Source of the DNA: Mustelus asterias
Taxonomy: Eukaryota
NCBI RefSeq assembly: GCF_964213995.1
Contig: NW_027590140.1
Coordinates: 682,001 to 746,000, forward strand
Direction of reading: 5' to 3'
DNA: 64,000 bases
Shown here in pieces: positions 62,075-64,000 of the stretch. Under the pieces are notes generated by a model, which worked only from the letters and a program-made list of their open reading frames with translations, did not search any database and was not told the DNA's origin. Position numbers and translations under genes: made by a program. Every line of letters begins with the position of its first letter. The stretch's first letter is position 1.

Positions 62075-64000
62075 ATTGTTTTGTTGTGGTAATTTCTGCT
62101 CCAATATGTGGGTGCATTCCCTAATACGTTCTGAATCTCCCCTCTGAATCTCTGTTTTACATGGGGTGAAGGATTTATAATTAGCTTTTGGACGTGCACC
62201 ATTTCCCCGTTGGGTTACTGCCGCTAAGTTGTATTCTAGCGCTTCCCACTCCTCTGGAGGAGCGTTTGGTCCCTTTGCGGACTCATTCGGAGGTAGAGGA
62301 ACAGTTTCCCCTCCCCATTGTTTTTCTTCTAAGACTTGGTTTCATTTCTCCAATTCTCTTATTCTGGATTCTAAATCTCTAATCTTTTCTTTATCTTGCT
62401 CAGTTATTCCAGCTAACTGACGTACTAACGATACTCCTATTTTCTTTGTCTCGTTTCTCTTTAGTAGGCAGGGGGCTTTTGTCCGTTAATTTCTTTTACA
62501 TAGATCATTTTATTCGTTATGGGTAAGGGTAGGTCAGTGATAGATATGGAGGGCCCCGTGCCCAACAGCATTTCACATTATCTGCCCCCTACTAGTGCAG
62601 ACACGTAGATTCTACCCTCCTCTTACCCAAACTCGCCCCTCATCAGTTTGCCCACTCCTGTGATGGCGGAGGAAATCCGTGTTTGCTCCAACAAGTGGCC
62701 TCAGTATGGCCAACCTTATTGCAAAACAGGCAGATAGGGGCCTTCCTGCGACCCCCCCCCCCCTCCTCCTCCCCCCGCCCCCCCCCCCCCCCCCCCCTCC
62801 CCCCGGTGCCCTACAGTCTCTGGCAAAGTGACCCAGTTTCCCACAATTATGGTACGCACCCTTGGGTTCAGCTACTCCACTGTTTGCACTAACTGTTTCC
62901 TGTTTTATTCGTGGGTATGGTTTCTCATCTGGTCCGTCTCTAATTCCAGATGCCCATTCTACTAATTCATCATAGTTCTGGATATTGCGAACTCCCATTT
63001 TAAGGATTTTTTTGGTGAGCTGGCGACAGCCCTTCTTTAAATGCTTGTAAAAAGGCTTTATCTGTTCGGGCACTTTCGGGTATTCCAGAACATTCATGGT
63101 ATACTCTAAAGAGTCGCTCTCCAAATTCGGAGGCTCCTTCATCCCTTTGTTGTTTTATATTGGTAATTTGTTTGGTGCATTACCCAAGACTCGTTGGACT
63201 TCTGCCTTAAACCGATTAAATTGCTCAACCGTTGCTCGATTTCGGCGGTTGTCTCTGTCGCGTATGTCCAACTCCCACCTCGGTAATCCAACCGAGCTTG
63301 GTCAGCGACATTAACCTCGTCCCCACCGTCACCCATTAGTCTCCATTTATCCCGCGGGCGAGCAGCCCGTACCAACTGGTGTATATCCCGCAAATGTAAC
63401 TGGTGTCCAACCCAAATAGTGTCCAGTTCTGCCCAAAATTTGCTGTTGTGACTCCGGGGCTGGAGCCTTCCCAGGGATGCCAAAATCTGTTGTATTTCAC
63501 CTGGGGTAAAGGGTTTATATCGGGCAGTGGGATGCTGTAACGTCCCAGCCCGAGTTATGGGACCGAGATCATGGATCTCTTCCTTATAGGGGTCTCCCAC
63601 TGGCGCCGTGGATTGTACGGCCGGCCCATAGGGAGGCCAGAATCTCCGGATAGGGTCCTCTGAAAGTTGGTTTCGCTTTTCTAATTCGCTATTGCGTGTT
63701 TCCAACATTTTAATTGTTGCTTTGTCATCAGCCCATTTCTTACCAGAGACTGCGACCTGTTCAATTAATCCAGCCAATTGCTGAACGAAGAGAACCACAC
63801 TTTTCTTAGTTCTGTCTTTCTTTGCTTTTTCCAACCACTTTCGTTGTTGGTCTCGTGGGTGGTCTATCTGTTTAATGAGTTTGTCTCTCTTAATCATATT
63901 TTCATTTATCAGGGACCCCGGGCCACACTGTCGTTGCCCGACATTACATCGATAAGGTTATACTCACCAAATGGAGACTCTCCTTTCTCGCTCTCCCCTC
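62075..64000 (-). mobile_element. Endogenous retrovirus relic: gag (capsid, MHR, two zinc knuckles), degenerate protease, then a second divergent gag fragment
   Basis: YKPFTPGEIQQILASLG capsid start; MHR IKQQRDEGASEFGERL (~63111-63161); YHNCGKLGHFARDC and CLFCNKVGHTEATC; MLLGTGPSIS (~62541-62574). Confidence 0.82.

Overview
Repeat-dense eukaryotic DNA, almost certainly from a shark or other chondrichthyan (HE1-type tRNA-derived SINEs, CR1/HER1-type LINEs, shark-style IgM VH, GPR139-like receptor). Most long ORFs in the track are artefacts of CT/GA/CA simple repeats or LINE fragments. Reading splice sites by eye shows an immune-receptor mosaic. (1) A five-exon + strand gene (9946-26377) encodes a signal peptide, a single CD2/SLAM-like C2 Ig domain, an uncharged TM and a repeat-rich tail with a canonical ITAM; as assembled, the ITAM is cut off by a 1-bp frameshift. 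(2) Several T-cell receptor alpha/delta-type V relics lie at 40138-40688, 55927-56216, 57404-58057 and 59222-59311; two retain 23-type RSS. (3) An inverted, germline-joined IgM-type VH-D-JH (42996-43646) keeps its leader intron, has no visible C exons and is flanked by a ~125-bp direct repeat. (4) An intact two-exon GPR139-like class A GPCR. (5) A small cluster of mostly degenerate tRNA genes. (6) Harbinger, Penelope, RTE, CR1 and endogenous retrovirus (gag-pro) relics. Coordinates were counted by hand; family names come from motif recognition, not database searches.
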